From assembly GCF_009914755.1 (NCBI RefSeq), contig NC_060926.1: 64,000 nt of DNA; one strand, written 5' to 3'. This document shows positions 32,215-46,475 of this stretch, in pieces. The translations under genes were made by a program, and so were the position numbers. Origin of the DNA: the human T2T-CHM13v2.0 reference genome, Homo sapiens. The notes beneath the pieces are model-generated. The model worked only from the letters and a program-made list of their open reading frames with translations. It was not told where the DNA came from and searched no databases. The first letter of the stretch is position 1; the number at the start of each line of letters is the position of its first letter.

Positions 32215-32948
32215 TTATACTTTAAGTTTTAGGGTACATGTGCACAACGTGCAGGTTTGTTACATATGTATACATGTGCCATGTTGGTGTGCTGCACCCA
32301 TTAACTCTTCATTTAACATTAGGTATATCTCCTAATGCTATCCCTCCACCCTCCCCCAACCCCACAACAGGCCCTGGTGTGTGATGTTCCCCTTCCTGTG
32401 TCCATGTGTTCTCATTGTTCAATTCCCACCTATAAGTGAGAACATGCGGTATTTGGTTTTTTGTTCTTGTGATAGTTTGCTGAGAATGATGGTTTCCACC
32501 TTCATCCATGTCCCTACAAAGGACATGAACTCATCCTTTTTTATGGCTGCATTACTATGCATTCCATGGTGTATATGTGCCACATTTTCTTAATCCAGTC
32601 TATCATTGTTGGACATTTGGCTTGGTTCCAAGTCTTTGCTATTGTGAATAGTGCCACAATAAACATACATGTGCATGTGTCTTTATAGCAGCATGTTTTA
32701 TAATCCTTTGGGTATATACTCAGTAATGGGATGGCTGGGTCAAATGGTATTTCTTGTTCTAGATCCCTGAGGAATCGCCACACTGACTTCCACAATGGTT
32801 GAACTAGTTTACGGTCCCACCAACAGTGTAAAAGTGTTCCTATTTCTCCACATCCTCTCCAGCACCTGTTGTTTCCTGACTTTTTAATGATCACCACTCT
32901 AACTGGTGTGAGATGGTATCTCATTGTGGTTTTGATTTTCATTTTTCT
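32179..32948 (-). mobile_element. L1PA 5'-truncated LINE-1 (about 770 bp) with ORF2p C-terminal remnant and (TTTA)n tail
   Basis: ORF 32541-32942 reads MRYHLTPVR...[16 protein letters not shown]...PFDPAIPLL, the L1 ORF2p Cys-rich domain; canonical 3'UTR; 13-bp TSD tacccatcacaat at 32163-32175 and 32949-32961. Confidence 0.97.
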
Positions 32949-33099
32949 TACCCATCACAATTTCACCATGGCTTTCTGAGATTGCCTTGCTACATAACCA
33001 GAATTTACCAACAGAACTCTAAGAAAAATCATCACAAACATAAATGGAGTGCTATGAGACAAAACAATACCTCCAAATCGAAGATGTAACAGACTATTC

Positions 33100-33388
33100 C
33101 AAAGGTCAGCCAAATGTGATCCATTGCCTGTTTTTACCTCTGAGCTAAGGATGGTTACTACATTACTTAATGGTTGAAAAAAGAAGAGTAACATTGACAC
33201 ATGAAAATTACACACAATTTTAGTGTTGATAAAGTCTATTAGAATACAGCCATGCTCATCCTTTCCTATATTTTCTATGGCCGCATGCTACAACAGCAGA
33301 GCTGAGTAGTGTTAACAGAGGCCAGTGGCCCCAAAAAGCCAAAAATATTCACTATATGGACCTTGACAGAAGATATTTGCCTAGTCTA
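33100..33388. mobile_element. MER58-like hAT-Charlie DNA transposon fossil
   Basis: aggtcagccaaa...gagctaaggatggtt...aatggttgaaaaaa...tacagccatgctcat...gcagagctgagtagt...aagccaaaaatattcactat. Confidence 0.75.
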
Positions 33389-33394
33389 TATGAT

Positions 33395-33585
33395 AGCCAA
33401 CATTTTATAGGTGCTTACTATGCACCAGGTGCCATGCCAAGCATCTTTACTTGCTTTCCCTCATCCAATTTTCAAATCAACATTATTATTATACCCCATT
33501 TTACAGATTGAAAAAACGAGGCTCAGAGAGGTTATATACTAATAGCTAGTCTGTAGTGAAGGTAGAATTAACATTCAATCTCTCT
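33395..33585 (-). mobile_element. MIR SINE
   Basis: gtgcttactatgcaccagg...attataccccattttacagattgaaaaaacgaggctcagagaggtt. Confidence 0.8.
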
Positions 33586-34725
33586 CATGCAGAAGCTTGT
33601 GTTTATGAATTTTGTGACAAACTTCATCCCCACATTCCGTTACCACCAAAGCCCATCATCACTATCACCATCTAAGACTCAAAACTCCCATTATCCACAG
33701 CATAATGCAAGTCCCAATCCCTCTGCCATGTGGATGGAGGGATGCCTTGCCCTATCTCGTGTTATTCTCCTATGTTCAGACGTTAATGAATCCAGAGTTG
33801 TGTGGAACTTTTTTCCCATGAGGGCCCAGGTCTCTGTGATGTTACTCAACCTTATAGGGCAGGTGTCCAACTTAATTTATGAATTAATTATACCCCAAAA
33901 CTGAGCTATTGCTCAGTTCATAAAAAGGGTGAGAACCAGGAAACTCTTTTTAACAGGACAGTAGTTTTCTAAGTGGCCTGGAGTCTTGGTGCTATGATTA
34001 GTTTAGCTTACTAATGATCATTGCTTTGACTTCAGACTCAGTGACCTCTGACATGAACCACCAACTACTCTCCCAGAAATGCTAGAACAAAAGTTGTCAC
34101 CTCACTCCCCAATCCTATGCCCTGGTGACCCATAGGCTACTTCCATCATCTCTATCTAAATGGCCACCACCAGAGCAGCAAGCTTACCTACTTAGTAAAC
34201 AAAGAAGCTAGAAGCAGCATGAAAGAAAGAACTGTTGTTCTATTCCGAGGATTCTGTTCTCAACACAAATGATCAGTTGGGTGAGCTGCCTAAATGGTAT
34301 GGCTCTCAGATTCCCTGTCTGTGAAGGAGTACTAACACTCCACAGGTAGCTCTGAGGAACAAATTTACAGGGGTATCAACAGACTTTGGAAAACACAGAG
34401 TGCTTGTAGAATGTAAAATACAGGTAAATTATAGTGTTGAGGTATGAAATGCATATCCTGGTTTGACATTAGTCTGTTGACTTTCTCAAACCCTAAAGAC
34501 ATTTTAGGCATTTTAGAGTATGACTTAGCATCCAAAACTTCATGCAAACTAAGACTCTGAACAAACCTAGGTGATGCACCACAGAAATAACAGAAAACAA
34601 GTTGTCAAAGATATAACCAGAGTCCAGAGAATAGGACACAACCTACAACATACATACATTTAGACATACGTTTTGTTTCCCAAGAAAAAAAATAAGTCAA
34701 AGTTTTAACAACCTCACTACAAAAC

Positions 34726-35053
34726 TTTTCTTTTTTTTTTTTTCTTTCTTTTTCTTTTCTTTTAGAGATAGAAGAAAAGAGCCTGTTGCCCAGTCTGGAG
34801 TGCAGAGTCATGATCCTAGCTCACTGCAGCCTCAAACTTCTAGGCTCAAGTGATCCTCCCACCTCAGCCCCCTGAGTAGTTGAGTAGCTAGGACTGCAGA
34901 AGCATGCCACCACATCCCACTAATTTTTTTTTTAAGAGATGGGGCTCTCACTATGTTGCCCAGCCTGTTGCCAAACTCCTGGGCACAAGCAATCCTCCTG
35001 CCTTGGCCTCCCAAAGTGGCTGGGAATATAGACATGAGCCACCACACCTGGCC
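34726..35053 (-). mobile_element. Alu (AluJ-like)
   Basis: Reverse dimer with T-rich tail, diverged. Confidence 0.92.
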
Positions 35054-35861
35054 TTTTTTTTCTCCAAAATGTTTCTTTAAATTTACATTCATTTACTCAC
35101 CAAATACTTACGCAGTGCCTGCATTGTTTCCAGTTATCTGCAAAGCAGCGCACATAAAAAGCTGAGCAGAACAGAGCTCACAGTACAGCAAATGACAAGT
35201 TTTTTTTTTAATATGACATCCAATCTCCAGGAAATGCCTATTGCAAATTTTTTTTTTAAAAAAAAGTTTCACTTTAAGTATTCAATCAGACATGTTAGAT
35301 GGTTAACCAGATAATAGTTGGACTTCTAATCCCATTTTGTGTTCAGTTGATATGTTATTTGCCTGGGGAAAGGAGGGTAGCTGTCACAGTGTTTTTTCAT
35401 CTTACGTTTTGTCAGTCTTTTCTCACCTTATATTTAGATTGGTCTCGTTGTATGAAATATGCTCGTCTGTTCTGACATGCTTCCTCTTGCATGCAATAAG
35501 CGTTGTCCAGTGCATCGCACATATAAGGTTACCCTAAGGGTCTGAAATTCAGAGTTTCTTAGATGACCAGGAAGACCTTTGGAAATTTGGGTTTCCCACA
35601 GTCACTAAGTATTATTTTATCAAAAAGGCATCTGGCAGACCCATCTCTGGATCTGCCCTAAACTGATGTCTCCATCAGTGTCATAATTACTTAGGATGCA
35701 AGAGAACATTGTGGCTAGCTAGAACTACCAAAAGATCCCTTAGAGAGAGTTAATAAGCGATTATTTCATATTGTTTAATGTTTCTGATGATACTCTACAG
35801 TATAAGCATGTCAAAAACTCAACATCAACATGGCATTTATCATAGACTCTCATATATTTAA

Positions 35862-36200
<339 letters not shown>

Positions 36201-36469
36201 TAACTCAGGAAGTTGGCAGGGCAAGTTGCAGCATTAATACAAACTGAGATTTTGTTTTGTTCAGGCCACATTCATTTATAGATTTCACTAGTGGGGAAGA
36301 GAATGTGCAGCCTTCAAAAATGTGAGTCATGGGATCTGATTTTGATGCTGAATGAGGTCATTCCACTATGGAGGCATGTGATAGAAAATGCCTGCCCTGC
36401 CTAAATATGGTGAAGGCTTCAAGGAGATAGGCTGAGCAGTATAGAGACCACCTAGCTGGAGAATCCCCA

Positions 36470-36630
36470 CTAGGTGATCTCATGCAAATCATCTACCAGC
36501 ACCTGCATCAGAATCACCTGAGCTGTTTGTTAAAAAGGAAGACTTGGGGGCCCCACCTCAGTCTGCAACATCAAAATCACTTAAAGTGGTCCCAGAAATG
36601 TTCTTTTTAAATAAGGGCCTCAAAGATTAA
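36470..36630. mobile_element. MER5-like DNA transposon fragment
   Basis: ctgcatcagaatcacctgagctgtttgttaaaa...ccccacctcag...cccagaaatgttctttttaaataag. Confidence 0.6.
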
Positions 36631-36887
36631 TTGTAATAATACTGATACCTATCTAGCATCTACCATGTCAGCCGGTCAGTGTTCTTGGCATTTTACATAT
36701 AGGAACTCAGGTTCTCTTGCAGGCAACTCAGATACCTTGATGTTAGGAAAGTACTGACCTACCTAGATTTTGAAGGAAGATGCACATAGAGTGAATTCCG
36801 TGATCTGTCATATTTAGCAGTGTGGCCATAGCACATGCTATTTCACACGTCTGTAATAGAATAGTAACAGTATGCCCAATTATATTC

Positions 36888-37170
36888 TTTTTTTTTTTTT
36901 TGAGACAGAGTCTCACTCTGTCGCCCAGGCTGGAGTTCAGTGGCACAATATTGGCCATTCTCCTGCCTCAGCCTCCCAAGTAGCTGGCACTACAGGTGCA
37001 GGCCACTACGCCCAGCTAATTTTTTTTTTTTTTTTTTTTTTTGTATTTTTAGTAGAGACGGGGTTTCAGCATGTGTTAGCCAGGATGGTCTCGATTTCCT
37101 GACCTCGTGATCTGCCCGCTTTGCCCTCCCATGGTGCTGGGATTATAGGCGTGAGCCACCACGCCCAGCC
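36888..37170 (-). mobile_element. Alu (AluY/Sc-like) with internal deletion in the right arm
   Basis: tgttagccaggatggtctcgat...gacctcgtgat diagnostics; about 30 bp missing between atattggcc and attctcctgcc; TSD ccc(a/g)attatatt. Confidence 0.93.
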
Positions 37171-39284
37171 CCGATTATATTATTTACTCAAAGTTGTTAG
37201 CACCTACCTTGAGGATGAGCTTTGTTTTGTACCAAACCCTGATCTTCGAAACCTTAGAGTCATGGGCTCCTTTCTTCCTCTGCTATTTGGAATGTGCCAG
37301 AATCAATTACATTCCAAGGAGGTAAACTGACCGTAAGGCAGATCCTTGTAAGGGTTTTCAGAATTTGCAGGAAGATTTTCTCTGTTTACAAAAAACCATT
37401 CTTCCCTCCAGCCAGCCCGGCAGACAGTGCTCACCATCCTCTGGACGACGCCTTGATAGGAGCAGGACGTCCTCTCATCCCAATAATGCCATCCCTCCCT
37501 CTCAGAGACCCCTGCCGTCCTTCCTTGATCCCTTGGGCTCACACTGAGGCAGGCACTTCCTGATCCTTCCCTCTCCCTCTCCACTCCCACTGAGACAATC
37601 CCTCAGGCACAAAGACCCCCTAACCTCCTCCAAGTCCCTCGGCCCCAGAGACTCGGAAACTGCTCTTTGATTTCTCTACTGCAAGGAATTAACTTTTCAT
37701 TACCAGCAGTCTGGAAGTCTCATTTTCTCATGAATGCAAAATTAAATACTGTATATAACAGCATTTTTAAAACTAATACTCTTTTATTTTCTCTTCCTAA
37801 ACATCATAAAGTGAATAATGCAGTATTTTTCATGTTATGCTTCAATGACACAATTTGTTTTAGAGAAAGTAACCTGACATCATCTCAGAAAGTAGTCATT
37901 GCCTTTGAAGAACTCGCTTTCCATTTTGAAATTCGACAGACTGGCCCAAAACTTATTCTACCTCTAAAAAGACAGATAGGGCCACCTACTACTAAACTCT
38001 AAACTTTGCTTCCATTGTATCATTGAAATGGACCCTGTACTTGTGAGATAGTTTTGCACAATAAAGCTAATTTGAGACAATAAATATAATCAATACGTAG
38101 GTAAAATCTGGGAAATAGTCACAGAATGGGCACACACAGACACACCACACCATGGGCTCTTTTATGGTAAGGGAAAATAGTAGTTGGGGACAAAGATAAT
38201 TTCAACACAGATATATATTTTACAATGTCTATGCTTTGCTTAAATGTCTCCAGGTGCCTTGCTCTTAGCATGGACACAGTAAACATCCGCTGCATAAATG
38301 GCTCAGCATTTTTTTTTTTTTTGACCTTCAGATAAGTTTCTGTTCCTTCACACTCACTTACTATTGAAATTTACTATTATGTTTTTATGCTGTAACAATT
38401 CAAGATGTATGTTGTTTTCATGTCTTTTAACTCATAGAGCCAAATATGAAGGGCCAATTAATAATGTACTTTTATGTTTTAAGCATAGTACTATGCTAGA
38501 ATGATTATTTTTCTACCCCAGCAGCTACAAAAAATTTGAAACTCCATAGCTAGTGAATGCTCAAAAAATAATTATTTGCTGTTTTGCCATGCTAATTATT
38601 GAGACTTGTTCTCAGGGACTTTCACTGAGATAGTGCCTGTTTTCCAGACGTTATTTTAAACACAACCTTCATTTTGTGTTGAAAAAGTCATCTAAATTGA
38701 CTACCTGTCTCGATTCATCTTTTCAAATGCCAGTAAGAATGCATGTACCGGTCACTGTATGATATGTTCTCCCAGGGAATTATGCTTAAGAAAATAAAAC
38801 AATAAAGAGTGATAAAGACTGGAGGGCCCTTCGCATCTGACAGCAGGGCAGAAGTCAGAAGTTGGGGCCTCCTGAGGCTCAAGGCAGCGCATGGCTGGGC
38901 AGGAAATGGGGCTGTTTTGTGCCCACCAGGGCCTCCCCAGGGTCACCCCTACGCTGCTGACTGCATCGTCCCGGCTCAGGGAGTTCCCACACCACCTCTG
39001 TGAGAACATCCAGGCAGGGCACAGAGGAGCTTTGTAATAGGGATGGACGGCAAACCCTTCTGGGGAAAAAGGAAGGAAAAAAGAACTGCTCCAAGAAAAG
39101 AGGAATATTCTATTCAAGAGACACCCTTCCATTCTAAAACTTAGTTTTCTAGAGTGCTTTCAAGTGTGTCTATATTTTAAGTTAAATCCAATTAAGATGA
39201 ATCCTCCAACCCTAGTGGAAACAAGTAAAAATAAAAGCAAACCCGAAAAAGATGAATCCATATTACATCATCCAGCTTTTTCAG

Positions 39285-39440
39285 AGGGAACTATAGTGGT
39301 GGAAAAAACAATATATTTGTCTGCGTAAAGGAAGCAGTCATGTTTTTAAGCCTCAATTATTTCATCTGCATAGTGGGAATAATAATATTTACCTCTAGCA
39401 TTGCTGTGAGGATCAAGTTAGGTAATGTGTGTGAAACTTT
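39285..39440 (+). mobile_element. MIR SINE
   Basis: aagcctcaattatttcatctgcatagtgggaataataatatttacctc...ttgctgtgaggatcaa. Confidence 0.7.
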
Positions 39441-40991
39441 ATTATTATTACCCATTATTAGATTATTATCAGTAAGAACAATTTTCTGATTTCATTATTA
39501 AATAATACTTAATAAACCTAATAGGGTAATTTGAAAAAAATCTGAATACATTATCACAAATTTATTTAAATATGGAGCTTATATTCACAGCCAGAATGAT
39601 GACACCATCACCACCACCACCACCCTGCCCCTGCCTTTTTGTTGACCTAGAGATAAACTTTGACCTGTTGTTTGATAATCACACTTTTTCTGAAGATGCC
39701 TTGTTCCTTTTAAGAACAACAGCCTCACCCCAGAGTCTGGAAACTGACATGCATCTATATGCTTCTCCCCTTCCTCTGCAGCTCCCCAGGAAGAACCTTT
39801 AAGCTTGGGACTTGTTTTCCCAACCTCGCATACTGTTTGCAATTACAGAATATATGGCATACATGGAGGACTTTCTTAATCTGAGTTTTATGGAGTATGG
39901 ATTATACCTTTCTAATGTTCTAATGTGTGGATCTGAAGTTCAGTTCTTAACAACAACAAAAAGTCTCTTATTGGTGATGCTGAGATTTCTTTTTTTCCTG
40001 AGTCTTGTTCTCTAGAACCAAATCTGCGGTTGACTGTGTGGCACTGATTTAAAACACTTTATACAAATCCCAAACCCTGAAGCATACTGTGGAGTGAGCT
40101 ACTAAGCCAGCGTCAACAAGAAGACTAGAATTAAGAAACTCCTTCCTGAAGACTTTTTTTTTCAAAAAAATAATCTTAACATTTCAAGTTTCCTCAACTA
40201 AATTTATTCTGTATTTTGCCACATCTGCAGCAGCTGAGATCTACTTTCCAAGAGTGGTTTCTTGCGAAAGGAAAAACCTACTTTTACTACCTCGAAATGA
40301 ACACCTACCACAAAATGAGCACACACACGGAAGCAACTAACACAACTTATCCAACAGAACATCACTCTTTGAATAAGCCCATTCTTCACTTCCTGATACA
40401 TTCTGAGATGGAAATTCTTAATTCCTGGAATCATATGACATTAAAGGCAGGAATCACATTGCTTCTGCCTGTTTTATATCTAGATCAAAAGGTAAGGCCA
40501 AGAGATTGTACAAAACAAATAAGCACTTTACAGGTAATACATGATATATATCAAATATAAAGACTAGGCATAGCATTCTACCAATCAACATCTATTAAGA
40601 ACATCAAAATCAAAGGGGTTTATAACTAAGCAGAGAAGTGACATTGGGAAATAACACCGGTTGTGTTTAAAGAAAGAAAAATTCAAGTGTCCATATTTTT
40701 TAAACATTTCAAAGCCAGAGTTGATACACAATTTAGCATTCTTACCTTTTTTTCATCTTGTCATAAAGGAAAAAAAATTAAAACTTAATAAATTTTGCCT
40801 CAGGATCAGAAATTCAGGACTTTGAAGTCATACTTTCCCTTTTCTAACAGACATAGATAAGAATTTGCTTTACCTAAAAGTAAAATGCCATTTCAGATTG
40901 TTGTGAGAATGAGGTTATCATCTTGATTCTGCTACTTACCAGCAGTTACTTACTAGTGAAGTTAGCTTCATTTAACTTTTCTGATCCTCAC

Positions 40992-41278
40992 TTTCTTTTT
41001 TTAAGAGATAGGATGTCTCTCTGTCACCCAGGCTGGAGTGCAGTGGCACAAACATGGCTCACTGCATCCTCAAACTCCTGGGCTCAGTGATCCTCCAGAG
41101 TAGCTGGGACTATAGGCACACACCACCGGGCCTGGATAATTTTTTAAAAAATAAAATTTGTAGAGATGAGGTCTAGCTTTGTTGCCCAGGCTGGCCTGGA
41201 ACTCCTGGCCTCAGGCAATTCTCCTGCCTCAGTCTCCCAAAGTGCTGGGATTATAGGCATGAGCCACCATGCCTGGTC
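40992..41278 (-). mobile_element. Alu (AluJ-like) inserted into a MIR
   Basis: Reverse dimer; flanks (ctgatcctcacttt | tttatctttaagatgggga...acaagattg) read as an interrupted MIR core. Confidence 0.9.
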
Positions 41279-41382
41279 TGTTTATCTTTAAGATGGGGAA
41301 CTGAATGCTCTTCTGTTGTACATCACAAGATTGAAGTGGCAAATTAAGACTACATGTGAAAAAAAAAACTATAGAAAAATAA

Positions 41383-41490
41383 GAATTGCTTGAGCCTGGG
41401 AGGTCGAGGCTACAGTGAGCCATGATCATGCCACTGCACTCCAGCCTGGGCAACAGAGCAAGACCTTTCTCAAAAAGAAAACAACAGGAA
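41383..41490 (+). mobile_element. Alu right-arm fragment (AluJ/FRAM-like)
   Basis: gaattgcttgagcctgggaggtcgaggctacagtgagccatgatcatgccactgcactccagcctgggcaacagagc. Confidence 0.88.
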
Positions 41491-41657
41491 AAGAAAGCTT
41501 CATAATGATCACTGCTGGATGATCATAGTTTTACTGTGCTATTTTTCTATTTGTTCTTTAACTAAGAAATCAAACTCCCTTTCATTTACACATGTCTCTA
41601 TTTCAATACCATAAGGTCATGGTTTAGGAATGAAAAAACTATTTCAAGCAACACAAG

Positions 41658-41976
41658 TTTTTTTTTTTTGTTTTTTTTTTTTGTTTTTTTTTTTTTTTTG
41701 AGGCAAAGTCTCTCTCTGTTGCCCAGGTTGGAGTACAGTGACATGATCTCAGCTCACTGCAACCTCCACTCCCCAGGTTCAAGCAATTCTCCTCCTCAGC
41801 TTCCTGAGTAGCTGGAATTACAGGTGTGAACCCCCATGCCCGGCTAATTTTTCTATTTTTAGTAGAGACGGGGTTTCGCCATGTTGGACAGGCTGGTCTG
41901 GAACTCCTGACCTCAAGTGATCTGCCCCGGCCTCCCAAAGTGCTGGAATTACAGGCATGAGCCACTGCACCATGCC
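41658..41976 (-). mobile_element. Alu (AluS-like)
   Basis: Reverse dimer with long T tail; TSD gcaacacaag. Confidence 0.95.
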
Positions 41977-43019
41977 GCAACACAAGATTTTAAAATAATG
42001 CTTTCCTTAGAACCACTGAATAATCACCTAGAGTCACTTAGACTTTTTACAAATAGTTAAAATGGACTCAGGCTGTGGCCAGAAGCACTCAGCACCACAT
42101 CCTTCAATGCAGTGAGTGCAGTCTCAATGGAGAATTCCTAAAATTACTATACTGATAAACTTTATCCTTAGCTATTCATCTCAATATACAGTTTTTTCAA
42201 AGTAACCTGAAATGCAGACTTTATCTAACCCAAAGTTCCAAAATTATATCAGCAAACAACGATTTTGTCAGAGCTGCCATGCACGCAGTGGACTGCCAGG
42301 ATATCCACAGCCACCAACTGCTAACAGCCTCCCTCAAAAAGCCAAGGGTTTCACAGGCAGCCTCAGCCAAATTTGAGGCTCACTTGCTGAATCCTTAATT
42401 ATATTTTAAGCTCATTTTCATAATGCTCACATTGACTTTTTAAGTATTAAATTTTAATCCTATTTGAAATGTTAGCAAACGGCTAGGAAAAAAAATCTAA
42501 ATACCTAGCACACATGTCAATTTGTATGGAACATTACAACACAGCATTCAAAGTTCACTGGAACTATGCAATGAAATTCTACATTAGGAGGAAAAGATAC
42601 GAAGAAGATTGTAATATTTCTCTAATTGTCCTCTTCTGAGGCAGAACAGAGGGTGGGTTTCTATCTTCACTCAAGCAGAAACAACAACAACAAAAAAAAA
42701 AAAAGAAAAAGAAAAAGAAACACCAACTTCTTACCTTCTACTTCCCTTCCCAAGTTCCTGATATTGCAGTTTTTAATGCATGAGTCAGAACATTGGCCTG
42801 CAAACCTTATAATATTGCACATTTGCAAATGCTTTTGAGAGGACCCAAATGCTTACAACTATATAAATTAAATAAATGATATAAAAGCCATGAGGAGATT
42901 GACCTTTTCTTTATGAATGTACGTTAAATGTTTCATGTTTGCCTTCCTGTTCTCTGAAAATAATTTTGAGTGTTGCTTGACAAATTAGTAAAGCAGTTTA
43001 CACAAGCATGACAGGCAAC

Positions 43020-43412
43020 CAGTATCCCAATGGGTTCCCAAAGTAGAACTTTCCCAGCACCCCAAATAGCTTCTTTGTGCCCCTTTGGTCAGTTCATCTA
43101 AGAGGCAGTTACTGTTCTAATTTCTACCACAATCCATTGGTTTTGCATGTATTGGAATGCCAGATAAGTAGAATCAGACAGTATACGTAGACTCATATGT
43201 TTGGCTTCTTTTGCTCAACATAACATTTTTAAGATTTATCCATGTTGTTGCATATGTGAGTAGTTCATTCTTATTTTATTACTGAACAAGACTCCAATGT
43301 AGTGTATATAGCACAATTTATTTATCCATTTTATCAATTCTTATGTTGGTGGACTTAGGGATTATTCCCTATTTGGACTATAACAAATAAAGCTACCATG
43401 ACCATTCTTTTT
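43020..43412 (-). mobile_element. Old L1 (L1M/L1ME-like) 3' fragment
   Basis: ggcttcttttgctcaacataacatttttaagatttatccatgttgttgcat...tagttcattc...cacaatttatttatccatt. Confidence 0.8.
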
Positions 43413-43689
43413 AAAAACAACAAAACAAATAAACAAAAAAAAGCATGACAATTCTATTTTTTTTCTGGTGTAGTTATCATACTTTACTCAACCCCCCCTC
43501 ACCATTTTACTAAAACTGAGCACTTGCATAGAGGAAAAATTTATAATAAAATGACATCCTCAGTTTGGCAGATAATTTTATTAATTGGGTATGTAATATA
43601 AATAGATTCATTTTTTTCATCACTCTTTGATTTCTAAAACTCTTTAAAACCAATATAAAACAACTTTTGAAAGTAAATTGTTCTCAGAA

Positions 43690-45700
43690 GGTTTTTTTTT
43701 TGTAGATACAGACAAACTAATTAACAAATTTATGTGGACAAACAGAGGACTAGAATAGCTAAAAACAATTTTAAAAAGAAGAATAAAGTTAGAGGAATCA
43801 CATTTTTTGATTTTAAGAATTATTCTGAAGCCACAGTAATCAAGACATTGTGGTATAAGGAAAGACACAGATATATATATGGAACAGAACAGACAATTCA
43901 GAAACAACCACAAAAATATGGACAGTCAATTTTTGACAAAGGTGCAAATGCAACTGAATGGAGAAAGGAACGACTTTTCAACCAACAGTGTTGAAACAGT
44001 TAGACATACAGATGCAAAAAATACATTAATAAACCTTGCCCTAAACCTAACACCACCACATACAAAAATTAACTGAAAAATGGGTCATAGAACTAAATGT
44101 AAAGTCTATATTTTCAGAATATTTTCAGGACCAAGGCTAGTCAAATAGTTTTTAGATGTGATGCTTAAAAGCACAACTGATAAAATAAAAAATTGACAAA
44201 TTGGACTTCATCAAAATAAAACTTTCATTCTGCAAAAGCCATGGTTAAAAGAATGAAAAGGCAATGTAGAGATTGAGAGAAAATATTTGCAAATCACATA
44301 TCTGACAAAAGACCTGCATTGAGAATATAAGAAGAACTTTCAAAACTCAACAATATGAAAACAAAATATTTAACAATTTTTAAAAATGAGCAAAAGAGTT
44401 GAATAGACATTTCACCAAAGAGGATATATGGTTGGCAAATAAGGACATGAAAAGTTGTCCAACATCATTAGCCATTAGAGAAAAATGAATTAAAACATTT
44501 AATTAAAATTAAATGTCACTAAGAATATATTAGAATGGCAAAATAAAAAAATATTGACAATACCAAGGGTTGGCACAGATGCAGAGCACCTGGGAATTTT
44601 GTGTATTGCTGGTGGAATGCAGAAGGATAGAGTCACTCTGTAAAACAGTCTGGCAGTTTCTTATAAAGTTAAGCATACAGTTAACATATCACCCAGAAAT
44701 CACACTTCTAGGTATTTAGAGAAATGAAAACTTGTGTTCACACAAAACCTCTAGACAAATGTTTATGGCAATTCTATTCATAATGACCAAAACAAGGAAA
44801 TAGCCAAAACCCTCAACTGGTTGTTTTTCCTCAACAGGTGAATGGGTAAACAAACTGTGGCATACCCATTCAGTAGAATACTACTCAGCAATACAAAGGG
44901 GTGAAATATTGACACATGCAATGACTTGGGTGAATCTCAAAGTAATTACACTGATTGAAATAAGCCAATCTCAAAACATTACATACTGTATGATTCCACT
45001 TATAAGATATTCTTAAAGAATAAAACTACATTGATAGAGAACAGATCAGCAGCTTCCAGGGACTAAGAGCAGTAGAGAATACAATTTCAAAGCGAGGTTT
45101 TTGGAGTGATGGAACTGTGCTCTATCCTGGTAGTGATGATGATTGCATAAATTAGCATGTGTTAAGACTCCAAAAAAGATCAAATACAAGTTCATAGCAG
45201 CACTATTGATAATAGTCAAAAGGTAGACGCCCAACTGTCCATCGTAGAAGAATGGATAACCAAATTAGGATATATAATACAATGGAATATTATTCAGCCA
45301 TAAAAAGTAATGAAATACTGATGCATGCTACAATATGTATGAACCTCTAAGACATAATGCTAAGTGAAAGAAGCCAGACACAAAAGATCACATACTGTAG
45401 GAGTCTATTTTTGTGAAATAACCAGAATAGTTAAATCCATAGAGATAAAATGCAGATTGATGATTGCCAGGAGACGGATGGGGGATTGGGAAGCAATTGC
45501 TTAATGGGTCCCAGGTTTTCTTTTTGGGTGATTAAAATGTTTTAGAACTAGATAGATCTGGTGACTGCAATATGTTGTGAAAATACCAAATGCCATTGAA
45601 TTGTTCACTTTAAAACAGTTAATTTTGTGTTACGCAAGTTTCACCCCCACACAAAGTAATCCAAAAAAGTCTATTTTACCATGATAATTTCAAAAAATAA
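43690..45700 (+). mobile_element. Old L1 (L1MC/L1MB-like) ORF2 3' part and 3'UTR, with a second L1M 3' end nested at about 45180-45650
   Basis: ORF 43734-43994 RIAKNNFKKKNKVRGITFFDFKNYSEATVIKTLWY resembles L1 ORF2p with frameshifts; the aatactactcagcaata / aatattattcagccata end module occurs twice. Confidence 0.88.
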
Positions 45701-45899
45701 ATTTAAAATCATAAAAAGAAAGAAACTAGAAAAAAAATAATTTGTAACTCCATGCTTAGATTACCTCCTTGAACAAAGCACAAAGGAAGAGTTAAGTTGT
45801 TAAATTCCAAAGGACTTTCCACTTCAGTGCATCAGGCTCTGTTCTTTCCCAAAATGCTCCTACAAAATGGTCACTCGCAGCTTTTGCCTTTGAAGACTG

Positions 45900-46285
45900 A
45901 GGCATTCTGGTGACAGGACCTCTTGTCTTCAACTTCTTGCCATTCTCACATGCACCATGTGACCATTCCATACCTTTGCCCATGCTGTTCACTCTGCCAG
46001 TAATACCATTTATTTTTTGCTTCTTCAGCTCATTAGTCATCCTCTAACACTCAGCTCTGAGATCTTCTCTTCAAGGAAGCATTTCCTGAACTTGGGGATG
46101 GCCAGACGACCATCCCCCGCATTCCCACAGTGCCCTGGACTCTAAAAAGTACTTAAACACATGAGATTGTTGTGATCTGCTCATGTGACCATCTTCCCCT
46201 CCAGGCTATAGGTTCTGGAAAAGAGAGAATATATCTTATTAATCGCTATTTTCTCCAGTATCTAGCATAGAGTAGGCATTCAAGA
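45900..46285. mobile_element. Probable L2 fragment
   Basis: cctttgcccatgctgttcactctgcc...tctcttcaaggaagcatttcctga...ccagtatctagcatagagtaggcattcaa. Confidence 0.65.
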
Positions 46286-46475
46286 GTGGCTTGTTTGTGT
46301 GGATTTTGCTGTACATGTCTCATAAAAGGCTCTAACTGGGTTTCTGGGCAACGCCTAGTTTCTCCTGTTACCCTTACTTTAAAATAAACTATTATTCCCT
46401 AGGTTCTACGCTTTCCCCGTAGTTCTGTTAGCCTCTTGTGTATCCTTAATACTTGGAGCAAGATTTTTCTTCTCA

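Noticed and set aside
32541-32942. 133-aa ORF resembling a reverse-transcriptase protein C-terminus
   Set aside because: Remnant of a 5'-truncated L1PA with no promoter and no endonuclease or RT domain, so not an active element.
43734-44076. ORFs similar to L1 ORF2p
   Set aside because: Frameshifted fragments of an old L1M copy.
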